From assembly GCF_001194135.2 (NCBI RefSeq), contig NC_069004.1, positions 12,910,618-12,949,096 of the forward strand: a stretch of DNA of 38,479 nt. Direction: 5' to 3'. The stretch's first letter is position 1. Every line of letters begins with the position of its first letter. The notes beneath the pieces are model-generated. The model was not told the origin of the DNA. It searched no databases and was given only the letters and a program-made list of their open reading frames with translations. The stretch is from Octopus bimaculoides. Lineage: Eukaryota. The position numbers and the translations under genes are program-made. Shown here piece after piece: positions 1 to 11,470 of this stretch.

Positions 1-323
1 GTGACCGTTGCCAGTACCGCCTGACTGGCCTTGTAGGGTTTTCGAGCGAGATCGTTGCCAGTGCCCCTGGACTGGCTCTTGTGCGGGTGGCACATAAAAG
101 ACACCATTTCGAGCGTGGCCGTTTTCGTGCGGGTGACACGTAAAAGCACCCACTACACTCTCTGAGTGGTTGGCGTTAGGAAGGGCATCCAGCTGTAGAA
201 ACTCTGCCAAATCAGACTGGAGCCTGGTGTTGCCATCCGGCTTCACCAGTCCTCAGTCAAATCGTCCAACCCATGCTAGCATGGAAAGCGGACGTTAAAC
301 GATGATGATGATGATGATGATGA
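1..323 (+). mobile_element. (GAT)n-tailed retroposon 3' end (family S1)
   Basis: aaaagcacccactacactc..gagtggttggcgttaggaagggcatccagctgtagaaac...ccaacccatgctagcatggaaagcggacgttaaac(GAT)n. Recurs at ~6718-6990(-), 11812-12005(-), 13160-13500(-), 21879-22078(-), 28825-29003(+), 29300-29500(+), 33307-33420(-), 37920-37995(-), 38170-38222(+). Related variant at ~12910-13140(-), 27150-27400(-), 29555-29830(-). Confidence 0.8.
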
Positions 324-671
324 TATATATATATGTATATGTATGTGTCTGTACATATACACACATGCCTATATATATACACACACATATACAGACACAC
401 ACATATATACACACATGTATGCATACATCTATGTGTGTGTCTTTGTGTCTGTGTCTGTCCTCCCACCACTGCTTGACAACTGGTGTTGGTGTGTTTACGT
501 CCCTGTAAAAGACACTGATAGAATAAGTACCAGGCTTAAAAGAAGAGTATTGGTGTCAATTCATTCACCTAAAACTCTCCAAGGCGATGCTCCAGCATGG
601 CCACAATCTAACGACTGAAACAAATGAAAGAAAAGATTTGAACCAAATAACATTACTTTTTTTTTACTTAC

Positions 672-819
672 TGGGAAAAACCCGAGGAGATAAGGACGGT
701 GGCTTGAAATGGTCAGTTGCTCTCATCCATTTGAGTAGATGGACATATTTAGAGTCAAACAGGCTGGGGTCAGCTTTGACCTTCCTCTTTCTTTGCCTCC
801 ATGTACGTCCTTTGGCCAT
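672..819 (-). CDS. SETD4: SETD4-like SET-domain lysine methyltransferase, ATG-bearing coding exon (49 aa + 1 nt); rest of gene lies left of the window
   Basis: Translates MAKGRTWRQRKRKVKADPSLFDSKYVHLLKWMRATDHFKPPSLSPRVFP. This resembles the SETD4 N-terminus as I recall it (KGRT.R.RRRK...L.KW....L.P..FP, followed by GTGRG). Pyrimidine tract plus ttttctgtttcag acceptor (AG at 837-836), exon starts at 835, phase-1 donor A|GTAAGT at 671. Identity rests on recalled similarity of one short exon. Confidence 0.75.
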
Positions 820-887
820 GACATTGTAACAACAACTGAAACAGAAAACGAGAGCAAGAATGAGAGAGGGGAAGAGAGAGAGAGAAA

Positions 888-970
888 GAGGGAGGGAGAG
901 AGAGAATGAGACTGAGAGAGGGAGGGAGAGAGAGAATGAGACTGAGAGAGGGAGGGAGAGAGAGAATGAG
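888..970. repeat. 30-bp GA-rich tandem repeat (~2.8 copies) forming an extended pyrimidine tract upstream of the SETD4-like acceptor
   Basis: gagggagggagagagagaatgagactgaga repeated with period 30. Confidence 0.85.
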
Positions 971-1029
971 TGACTGTTACAAATCAGCAAATTTAGTTTT
1001 ATTCAGTTTTCAATTTAACTCAACTTACA

Positions 1030-1185
1030 TAGGCATGCAACTTATGATGACACTCTCTGCAATGGGGGTGACAGCTAATCATTATAACTGGTTGGAGTCC
1101 TTTATTCTCAGTCAAAAAGAGGTAGCCATGGTGCTCGAACAACATTCTGCACCTTATAAGATGACATTTAGAGTCTCGTAACATG
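1030..1185 (+). mobile_element. Degraded CR1/L2/Jockey-type LINE reverse transcriptase fragment
   Basis: LSAMGVTANHYNWLESFILSQKEVAMVLEQHSAPYKMTFRV resembles RT motif L...G+.G.L..W+.SFL..R.Q.V.V.G..S......GVPQ. Confidence 0.45.
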
Positions 1186-1259
1186 AGTTCCTAATCTCCT
1201 GATATTTGATGCATACAATAACAAAACAGATGACAACTGGAATCAAGTTATTGTATTAA

Positions 1260-1400
1260 CCCTTTAGCATTCGGATTAATCTGCCAAAACTTATGCATAT
1301 TTATTCACGTTGTTTTGAATTAATCATGCATTATCTCGAAGCTTTGAGATTTTGATGGTGTGATTGTTTAATTTTAGAATGAAATTATAGGGTGCATAGC
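1260..1400. mobile_element. piggyBac-like MITE family A, partial; related copies at ~2361-2510, 9790-9980, 11478-11615, 16435-16613, 17898-18113
   Basis: Terminus TTAA|CCCTTTAGCATT (or AATGCTAAAGGG|TTAA) and shared body attcacattgttttgaattaatcatgcattatctc..agctttgagattt. Confidence 0.7.
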
Positions 1401-3533
1401 AGAGGCCATCTAAGCAGACTATGGCTTAGCTGGCCAAAACTTCAAAGTCACTGTCAACAACATTCTTGTTTAAGAATAATTTGTACTCTACAAAACTATA
1501 GAGTAACCCATCAGATTAATGTAAAGTTGTTTTTATTACATGCCGGGCAAAATGTTTAGCAGTATTTCATCTGTCTTTACATTCTGAGTTCAGATTCTGC
1601 CAGGGTTGACTTTACCTTTCATCCTTTTGGGTTCAATAAAACGAGTATCAATTGAGCACTGAAGTCAATGTAATTGACTAGTATCCTCCCACAAAATGTG
1701 CCTATTGTAGAAAGGATTATAACTGAACATAAAAACAAATATTAATATATGTTTAAAGTTATATATAGCTATGGTGCATCCACACTTCCAGTTTGCATCA
1801 CCAGTCTGGATATCCCATTTCATTCAGAATATCGATCTCTGCAAAGACATGCAGCCAAGTGAAGACCCTTTATCAGTCGTTCTTACATTACAGACACCTT
1901 GTTTCTCTGGGCACCTCTCACCTATTTCCATGTAAGGTAATAATTTCCTCTAGTCTAGACATGCTTTCATGCAAGGTGGAAAACAAAGAGCACTGTGAGT
2001 ATGAGAGTGATATTTGTTTCAATGAGCATGCAATGTCAAGAGGAGACAGAAACAAATGTATACACAAGCATATACAACACACTTCTGTTCAGTTTCCATC
2101 TATCAAATTCATTCTCAAAGCTTTGGCAGCTTGAGGGCACAGTAAAAAAAGATTGGCCCAAGGTATCGCAGAATAGAACTGAACCCAAAGCCATGTAGTT
2201 GCAAAATAAACTTGTTAACTACACAGCCATGCTTACCCACACACATTTGACAAAAGATTTTCTTAAATTGAAAATTATTAATTATAATAAAAAATCTTAA
2301 AAACAAGAGCAGAATCGCACAAACTTTATGGAAGGATGTTTTTAATAATATGTTAAGTGCCATTTCTGGCCTCTCACACCAACATACAATATCATTCTAA
2401 GAATATACAATCATATCATTGAAATTTCAAAGCTACAAGATAATACAGGATTAATTCAAAATAGTGTGAATAAGTATTAAATTTGACAGAATAATATAAA
2501 TGCTAAAAGGTTAATTTGATTCATGAATGCTATTAATTAATTTCAGGAGTTTTGTAAGGTTTTTCTGATTTCTATTCTAAAATATGAAGCTGTCATGCAG
2601 TAATTTTTTCCAGTTTCCTTTTAAATAGCATTGAAAAAGTTCATCAAATGTAATCAAAGTTTAANNNNNNNNNNNNNNNNNNNNNNNNNNNNNNNNNNNN
2701 NNNNNNNNNNNNNNNNNNNNNNNNNNNNNNNNNNNNNNNTACTATATAGCTTTGGGCCAACCAAAGCTTTTAAGGAATGACGATGCACCCAAGGGTGGTC
2801 TATTGAGGAATTTAAGCAAAAACTTCGGACTGTCTGTATTTTAAACTCTGATTTTTTAAAAATTCGAAATAGAGTGGCGCTTTTAGGAATTATGGGTGAG
2901 TTAAGGATTAAAATTTTTTTTTTTTTTCATAATGGTATGAATCCCCATGTGTAGAACATAAAATTTATTGTGCAACTCAATCAGATACGTGTCTAACAAA
3001 CTCTATAGTCTATATATTCGTAATTTCAAAGAAGTGTTGAAAAGATGTCATGTGGGATAACGAAGAAGCACCGATTTGTCAAAGTGGGTAGCAGTCGTAA
3101 AAGGTTGAGGAATCGTTGGAATTGAGTTTAAGTTTGATTGTTTATCCAACACGGGTGTGTTCTACACAGCACACCTACCATCTCTTTCTGAAAGTGACGA
3201 AAAAGAGCCACAAACTAAGTTCTGGAAGCGGTATAACTGACAAAATAAAGACATGAAGGTTATACCCAGCATGGCTGCAGGCCAATGACAAAAACCAATA
3301 ATTATTGATTCCAAATTTTAGCACAAGGCCAGCAATTCTGAAGTAGGTCGATTACATTCACATTGACACCACCCCCACACCTCACCCAGTGCTCAGCTGC
3401 TACTTATTTTATCGACCCCGAGGTTTCGGTGGTATTTGAACTCAGAACATAAAGACGAACGAAATGGGGCAAAGCATTTTACCAGACGTACTAACGATTC
3501 TGCGAGATTGCAGCCTTACAAAAATAAGGGTCC

Positions 3534-4521
3534 AGATGGACTATATGTAATCTGAACCTTTCCCCCCTTATTTATTTATTTTTTTTACGGAATCCCACGT
3601 TTTAGGCTATGGAGATTCCGATTCTGAAATTTTTTTTTCAAAAATCTCAATTTCAAAATTTCGATCCTCCCCCACCGGTTTTTATATAGATCCACAGGGT
3701 AAACCTAACNNNNNNNNNNNNNNNNNNNNNNNNNNNNNNNNNNNNNNNNNNNNNNNNNNNNNNNNNNNNNNNNNNNNNNNNNNNNNNNNNNNNNNNNNNN
3801 NNNNNNNNNNNNNNNNNNNNNNNNNNNNNNNNNNNNNNNNNNNNNNNNNNNNNNNNNNNNNNNNNNNNNNNNNNNNNNNNNNNNNNNNNNNNNNNNNNNN
3901 NNNNNNNNNNNNNNNNNNNNNNNNNNNNNNNNNNNNNNNNNNNNNNNNNNNNNNNNNNNNNNNNNNNNNNNNNNNNNNNNNNNNNNNNNNNNNNNNNNNN
4001 NNNNNNNNNNNNNNNNNNNNNNNNNNNNNNNNNNNNNNNNNNNNNNNNNNNNNNNNNNNNNNNNNNNNNNNNNNNNNNNNNNNNNNNNNNNNNNNNNNNN
4101 NNNNNNNNNNNNNNNNNNNNNNNNNNNNNNNNNNNNNNNNNNNNNNNNNNNNNNNNNNNNNNNNNNNNNNNNNNNNNNNNNNNNNNNNNNNNNNNNNNNN
4201 NNNNNNNNNNNNNNNNNNNNNNNNNNNNNNNNNNNNNNNNNNNNNNNNNNNNNNNNNNNNNNNNNNNNNNNNNNNNNNNNNNNNNNNNNNNNNNNNNNNN
4301 NNNNNNNNNNNNNNNNNNNNNNNNNNNNNNNNNNNNNNNNNNNNNNNNNNNNNNNNNNNNNNNNNNNNNNNNNNNNNNNNNNNNNNAGCAACAGGCATGC
4401 AGGCAGGCAGACAGATACTTCACAAGCAGTGAGCACTTTCATTTCTGACAGCTAATAGCATGATAGTGCCAAAAAATTAATAAATATGGGGGGGGAGGTT
4501 CAGATTACATATAGTCCGTCT
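3534..4521. mobile_element. DNA transposon-like element defined by ~33-bp inverted termini; interior mostly an N-gap
   Basis: AGATGGACTATATGTAATCTGAACCTTTCCCCCC (3534-3567) versus reverse complement of 4488-4521 (AGACGGACTATATGTAATCTGAACCTCCCCCCC). No TSD seen. Confidence 0.55.
3710..4386. other. Assembly gap; other gaps at 2665-2740, 14062-14106, 23176-23826, 34112-34258, 35383-35392
   Basis: Runs of N. Confidence 1.
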
Positions 4522-4943
4522 CTACCAAAATAAGTATTAAAATTTCCCAAAAACTGCAATACATTAATATTTGACATTTTTCTGGTGTGAATATACCTGT
4601 TGATGTTTACAGTATATACCTTATCGTTTCCTGTTTGATATATTCATGAAATTAAATAGCTATTTCAAAAAACATAACATTTTGATATTTTGTCTTCGCG
4701 AATTTTGTCTACAGAATTATAACACAGCCTACAAGTAAGGAACAGCTGATTTGTTTGGTTACCATCAAAAAACACTATTCGCTGATATTTCCATTTCCCT
4801 CGTGAAAAATTAATTTATCTGACTTTTGAACTGTTAGCAAAGACTAGCACTAATTTCTTAAGCGCTACTTTTACAGTATCTTTCCTTAATCAAAACAATT
4901 TGTAATAATATAAAGTAGAAACAAAAACACGTGTTTCACTCAC

Positions 4944-5030
4944 CCGAAGCAGTTAACGTAACTGTTGGTTTGGCTATAAAGCGGTGTCGAATAAAAAATA
5001 TCACTATCAACTATTTATCCGAGTTCATTC
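4944..5030 (-). promoter_or_regulatory. Candidate non-coding first exon / TSS region of the SETD4-like gene
   Basis: Strong donor CGG|GTGAGT (4943-4938) inside a CpG-retaining region. The ATG exon starts with an acceptor, so an upstream exon must exist. The 5' boundary is a guess. Confidence 0.35.
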
Positions 5031-5370
5031 TCCTCTATAGTAGAGCAGTAAAGTTGGTAGAATAAACAGTGAAACGGATTGAATGTGTTGCAGTATTTAG
5101 GGATCCGTTTTCTGAGAGGTTAATTTCCAATAGTGCCTAAGGTGGCGAACTGACAGAATTGTTACTGCGCCGGGGAAAATGCTTAGCGGAATTTCGTTCA
5201 TATTTATGCTCTCAATTCAAATTCCACCGAAGTCGACTTTGCTTTTCTTCCTTCTTCCTTTCGGGGTCAATAAAATAAATACCAGTTGAATACTGGAGTG
5301 ATGCAATCGACTTACTCCGTCCTCCGAAATTTCTGGCCTTGTCCCAAAATTTGAAACCAATTTGCAATAG

Positions 5371-6078
5371 GGATCTAGTTCAAAACGGGGGCACCAGTTT
5401 TCATTTATGTTTTATGTAGTGTTTTTGGTACCGAAAGACTTTCAAACTTCGTATACTTATCAATTTTGTGTTATAGAACATAAAAAAATTTTTGTATTCG
5501 AAGTTATTTCATGTAAAAAAATTGTCTTATTTCGATAATTTCAACCAATCACTGACAAGTATTCAGCTGTTTATAGTTACTCCTTTGGCAGTTTAAGCGG
5601 TGTAAAGAGTATTTAATCTCCATTACTTCTGACATTTTGCAGAGAGGCAACACACGTGTGTTCGTTTTCCTTCGTTTTATTTTTAATATAATTTCGTTAA
5701 CATCTGCCTGAACTGTATGTGTACAACATTTGTCCTAACCCTAACCTCAAAAACCAGGCCTTGTGCCTATAATAGAAAGGTTTACTAGCTACTGCCAATA
5801 TGCTTCAGCCATTTTTTGACAAGGAAATAATAATTTTATCACCGCCAGAATCGTTTGTTTACGTAGTCAGCACTTAATATATTCGGCTGAATGGACGTCA
5901 GTCATTGGTTGAAATTACAGAAATACGACAACTTTAACATGAAATAAGTTGCAATATAATAATTTTTCTTAAGAAGACTAAGAGAAAAAGATGTTTTATA
6001 TGACACATTCTACCAGTGTCCCAAGTTTCAAAGTGTTTCGTTAAGAAAATACTGGCGCCCCCGTTTTGAACTAGATCC
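5371..6078. mobile_element. Non-autonomous DNA transposon (708 bp), probable Merlin superfamily
   Basis: TIR GGATCTAGTTCAAAACGGGGGC(A/G)CCAGT at both ends. Perfect 8-bp TSD TGCAATAG (5363-5370, 6079-6086). Internal inverted AATTTCAACCAAT(C/G)ACTGAC blocks near 5538 and 5897. GG-initiated TIR plus 8-bp TSD suggests Merlin. No transposase ORF. Confidence 0.8.
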
Positions 6079-7425
6079 TGCAATAGAACCCGAAAAGAAT
6101 CTTTTCTGTTCCTGCCACTGTTTTCGAAATTTTAAAATTAACTGAACATTTCCAAATTTGTTATATAGATGCAACTTTTCCCACTGAATCTGATTTTGTG
6201 ATTCACTTGTTGCAGAAAAATTTTAGAAATGTGTTACAGAGATTTAATGTTTGATCATTTTTACCCAATGAGAAAACAGAATTCGGAAGCTAGCATTTTA
6301 TGCGTGATAGCTGTCTATGACAACATTACGACGACAAACTTGTAAGAAGTTTTGAAGTTTTAATACGTTTTGTTGATAAAAGTCATATGAAATATTGGAG
6401 CAGGCTTGTAAACAATATAAAAGATTTTCTAAAATTAAAAATTATTAATTATATTAAAAATCTTAAAAACAAGAACAGAATCGCACAAACTTTATGGAAG
6501 GATGTTTTCATGATGTGTTAAGTGCTTTTTGCTGTTTACAGTTCTTCAAACACATGAGTTATAAGGAAGCTCTATAATTGTACAACACCAACTTTCCAGA
6601 TATTGATGGTCTGGAGCCTCTTATAATCTGCCTAATTTATGAGCAGGAACTTCAAATTCCCATTGCTGCCAACCTAAGTTTACCGAGTGGCCTTGTTTCA
6701 CAGTACTTTGCACAGTGCATCATTATCATTTAGCGTCCATTTTCCATGATTTGATGGTTTGACGGGAACTGATATGCAATCATTTGTTTTGGTTTTGGTT
6801 TCTACAGCTGGATGCTTTTCCTAATGCCAACCACTTTACAGAATGTACTGGGTGCTTTTTACGTGTCACCAGCATGGGTGCCTTCAATGTGTCACTGGCA
6901 CAGGTGCCCTTAACACGTCACCAGCACGGGTGCTTTTAATGTGTCACTGGCTTGGGTGGCTTTAATGTGTCACTAGCACTGGCCACAACTATGACTGGAC
7001 TTGATTATGAGGAGGACTTTGAGTGGTGGGTCAAGAAAATAGACACTAGCACAATACCAGAATGGGTCAGCTATCTTGAACTTTTAAAGAAATTTAACAT
7101 AGACATTCTTCGGAAAGATGAAAGTTAGCCATTTGCAAATAGTGGTTTGAACTGTTACAAATAGCGTTTTAAACTGTTACAAGTAGTGTTTTAAAAAGAA
7201 GTTGTATTAACAGGTTCAATGAAGTCTCTTGGAGGTGGGGGCCGAATGGCTTCATTTCATTTATCATTTTATCTGAATTTTCCTTTCCATCCATTTTTTT
7301 TTGTTTGTTTTCTGTCCCCCACCATGTGCTGTCCCCTCTGTGTTAGGTCCTGTGTGGCTAATAAAGAAAGAGAGTTCCTTTGAGTTCCTTGTCTTCTTTC
7401 TCTAAAGGACTCCCAGTATGCAGTT

Positions 7426-7745
7426 TTGCTCTATCGTGTTAACACTGACCTTTCTTCAAGGTGCCGCTTACTGTCTGCTAGCACCAAATACTCAGGTAAC
7501 TGGTTTGATGCCATCTCTGTGGTTAATGTTGGTGGCCTACTCAACTTGGACGAACTTTGTGGCTCTATTGCCCTCCGAGTGGGAGCTGATGTATGCATGG
7601 GTTTGATCTATCGTTGTGGCAGGCTCCTTGACTCCACAACCCCCATGGCCTTTCTTGCCACCTGAATGCTGGTCGCTTCACACGTCATACAGAGTTAAAC
7701 ATGATATTCAAGAGAAGCTCTAGGTCTTTGGCACACGCCACTTAC
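7426..7745 (+). mobile_element. CRE-clade (restriction-like endonuclease) non-LTR retrotransposon remnant, zinc-knuckle region, frameshifted
   Basis: RCRLLSASTKYSGNWFDAISVVNVGGLLNLDELCGSIALRVGADVC..IYRCGRLLDS, then after a frameshift HGLSCHLNAGRFTRHTELNMIFKR. This matches the CRE-type motif RARLL..S...SG.WL.A.P...G..L......ALRLG..VC...C.CG...D..G.HGLSC...AGR..RH..LN.I.KR. Confidence 0.75.
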
Positions 7746-8494
7746 CACACGCAACTCATCTCTGACAATGATGTATCTGCCACCAGTCATTTTCCGCTTT
7801 CATCTTCTCCACCAGATGCCTGCCTACATCGTTACTGTATGAACATCACACAACCAACAGATCAACGGCTGCCTCTACACACCACCAAGCAGTACATCAA
7901 CTATGTCTACAAGATCAACAGTCCAGCCTAACCACAAAGTCTTTCACACATCTTTGTTGTAACCTGCTGTTATGTTATTTCATTTCATGTATGGCAATCA
8001 TTGTATTTTATAAAGGAAAATAAATCATCACTTACCAGTTCATTTTCATCTTACGTCGTATATCATTTTCACATTCTCCTCATTTACCATCTTCATTATA
8101 ATAGAAATGGCTGTAAGTGAAGACGACCAATTTGCTGTTAATAATAAACAATTATTAACTTACAAATCTCCATTTTCTTCTTCTGTAGCGACACTTGAGA
8201 TTTTGTCTAGGTGTATCTAGCCAATGAGAACTAATCAAATTTACGTTAACAGACGTGATTTGGAAAATTCGAAACCTAGTTCCTAGATTACCCACATCTG
8301 GGTTGTACATTTATTTAATGTTCTTCCTACAGGTAAGATGAAATTTTTTATGTTTACCACCAGCAAACATTCTAGTTTAAATAATTTATTTAAACGACAC
8401 TTGCATTTACTTGTTGTATACACCAAATATTTCACTACATCACATCATTACCATCTGTTTCGAGCTGGTGAAGAAATTAACAGGGTACATACTG

Positions 8495-8723
8495 TGTTGA
8501 TAGGGTAGAACCGGCCATGTTTTGTGTCTGTGTTGGTCATTCAGTAGTGTCTGTTTATGTTCTGCAATCGCGACTGTTGTTCATGTTGAATATCTGAATC
8601 TCTGTTGTCAGTTTAACTGGCGAAGTTACAGACTGGCTGTCTCTCTATCTCTCTCTCTCACTGACCGTCTGTCTCTGACTCTCTGTCCCTTCACGGATTG
8701 CTGTATTTATAATAGTTGTAACA
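8495..8723. mobile_element. Possible solo LTR (229 bp)
   Basis: Begins TGTT and ends AACA, with TATAAA near one end on the minus strand. No TSD match. Confidence 0.3.
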
Positions 8724-11229
8724 GCTAGAAGGACAGACATACCACAGGAGAAATTCCTTCCCATGTCGGTCACCTCCTGTCCACTTGAACCTTAAATGAC
8801 ATGGCTAAGGTCAAAGGGAAACAATCCATCATTCTGGCAAGGTCGACCTTGCCTTTCATCCTTCTTGACTAAGTTCAAAAGTGAGTTTCTATTGTTGGTT
8901 CTGTTTTGACTGCTAAACTCCAACTCCGTCTTTCATTGCAGAAACAGGGCTTCTTCATCTTTGTTCTATAAATATTTCTATATAGCCATTGTTCCACTGA
9001 ACTTCCTTGTCTTTGAGTAACTAAACTTTCTACTAATTCTTGTCCTTTTATTGTTATTTTTCTCTGCTTGTAAGAAACATTTCCACTCTCATATTTTCTT
9101 TCCTCAAATATCTATCTTATAGAACTCTCTTCCTTCTGGTTTCCCTAATAGATATAATATTGATTGTTTTAAACATTGTCAATTGTTTAATTGTTTTTAG
9201 GGCAGCATCTCATTAGATTCCACCACCACCACCACCCCTAATTTTTTTTTTTTGTAGCTTCCAACAATCTAAGTAGTTGGCACAAGGCTTATTTTATTGC
9301 TGGTTACCTATTTTTGAAAAGCCAATAATTCTTCCTTTTTAAAAAGGTGGTGAGAATGGAGATTTAGTTGTTATTTCTAGCAGATCAATCAATCACATAA
9401 AGCTCCCTCATTGGATCACTAATATAATAAGTAAATGAGAACAGTGAATTGGTAGAATCATTAGAGAATTGAACAAAATATTTTGTGTAATTATTTAATT
9501 TACAATCTGAGTTAAAATCCAATCATATTCAACTTTGCTTTTTTTTATTCTCCAAGGTGTAGGCAGGAGAGAGGTTGGTAATATTTACCTATGCATCTCT
9601 CCAAAAGGCATATCCTTGTACCAATTTTTAAAATGTCTGTGTTTTCCTATCTATGCTATTTCAGTAGAGATAGGGAGACACAGATTCTTGGGTCTTGAAA
9701 ACTATTTGAAAAATAGTCTCCAAATACAGGATCGTTCATAAATTATCTTTACAATTTCTACAATTTATTGTAACTATTAACGATTTAGATTACTCTGTTA
9801 AATATGCTCCTTTATTCAAATTGCTCTGAATTAATCTTATAGCTTTTAGGTTTTGATGATGTAACTGTTTATTTTTAGAATGTCAGTGTAGGTTAGGTGT
9901 GAAAGGCTGGATATGGCGAGTTTAAACATGAAACATGTAGAATATTTGGGCCAGATACGGCCAGTTTAAATGCTAAAGGGTTATCAACGTTGCAACCAAT
10001 GGAACCCATGTGTGGAAGTGTTCTGATGTTTCTAACAAAACTTTATTTGCCTATATTTTCCAATAAACTCTGCTAGGTCATCCTTATTTTCCATTTTTTT
10101 TTTCTGAATTTTTCAAATTGTAAACATAATTTATGGATACCCTGTTACTTTTTGAGAAGGAAAATGACTGGAAAACTCTAAAATAATTCCAGTCATTGGA
10201 GTAGGATTTAAAAGCTTAATCATCTTCTTTTTAGTAATTCAAGAGAAAGAGCACGTTCAAGAATAGTACCCCACCACATCCTGCTCCCCTATTGGTTCAC
10301 AAAAGAACTTCAATAAAACCCTGCAATCCAAAGAAACATTTACCAAGTTTAGTGTTGCTGTTCTTTGCGATTAGAAATCTATACCACAATACAGTTCTGA
10401 CTTAGATTTAAAAAAAATTTTCATTTATTTTTTTTCTATCATGCACTTTATAAACAATAGCATCATTGTTCATTTTTGGTTGTTTCCCTTTGGTTTTTGT
10501 GATTTGGTTTGTGATTTTTTTCTTTTTCAAATTAGGCCAATTACAGGTTCACTGCATTTCCAATGGCAAGAATAACAATGGAGTGTTTGTATGAAACTTA
10601 GGCAGAAATAAATACCACAAGGTATTTCTATTTGATCCAGGCAATTTTCTCACCAATGTACTTATGCCAACATATTAAGGGTACCATTGAGAGAGCTGTA
10701 GAAACACTTTAAGAAATTTCTTCACATTACAGAGATAACACTGTGTTACATGATTTTTATCCTTGGGTAGCAACTGTTATTTCCTATTTGCTTACCCCCA
10801 AGAAAGTATGAAAATGGTTAATATTTCCTTCAAACTTTGCTTTTCTTATATTTATTCAAACCCCAAAGAATCCCTCTCAACACATGGCTATGATGCTCCC
10901 CCAACACTCCTTGTGATCAGAGATGCACATATTGCCAGCCACTAATGAAGATGCTCAACTGGTTACAGTCAAGCAACTGACAAGCAAATCTGTGCTATTG
11001 AGCAGAGTATTTGCTATAATGATATTTCTGCTTCAGCAACTCAGCATTGAATCTGTTCTGAAATGTAATGGGAAATAGGTCAGTTTCAAAACATTGATGT
11101 CCAAGTCACCAAAGCAAAGTTTAAAGGGAATAGTAGTCATTTCCTTTGATTTCTAGATAGAAGCAAACAGGAAATAACATTTACTGACCAAAGACAAAAA
11201 AAAAAAAAAAAAAAAAAAAAAAGGTTACA

Positions 11230-11470
11230 CAGTGTAATAAAAAAAGACTGAAATGGTTTGGTCATACAATAACTACAGAGCACAGGCATTTTACCAAGAC
11301 TTCTCAAGCCTTAGACTATATGGTAGACTAATAGACACTCTTCACAGACCTGAAAACACAGGGCTACCTATGTCAACAGCAGCAAACATAGCATCAGACC
11401 GAAGAGGGTAGCAAGGGTCCAGCTGGCAGGGGAGAACAAGAGTCCAGAGAGGCTGGAGAAATAACTGAGT
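11230..11470 (+). mobile_element. Degraded LINE 3' coding end (RTE-like)
   Basis: KKRLKWFGHTI motif typical of the post-RT region of RTE/L2-type LINEs; the remainder is heavily decayed. Confidence 0.4.

Noticed and set aside
257-618. His/Tyr/Thr- or Cys/Val-rich short ORFs here and at other (CA)n/(TA)n tracts
   Set aside because: Microsatellite and SINE translations.
836-990. N-terminal SLSLPLSV-repeat part of ORF 664..990
   Set aside because: Intronic GA-repeat upstream of the acceptor at 837-836; only 819-672 is coding.
3653-4442. Long ORFs in the ORF track here and at 23000-23948, 13991-14236 and 34068-34370
   Set aside because: They are open only because they run through N-gaps.
5734-5748. 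cctaaccctaacc, telomere-like
   Set aside because: Only about two units; expected by chance.
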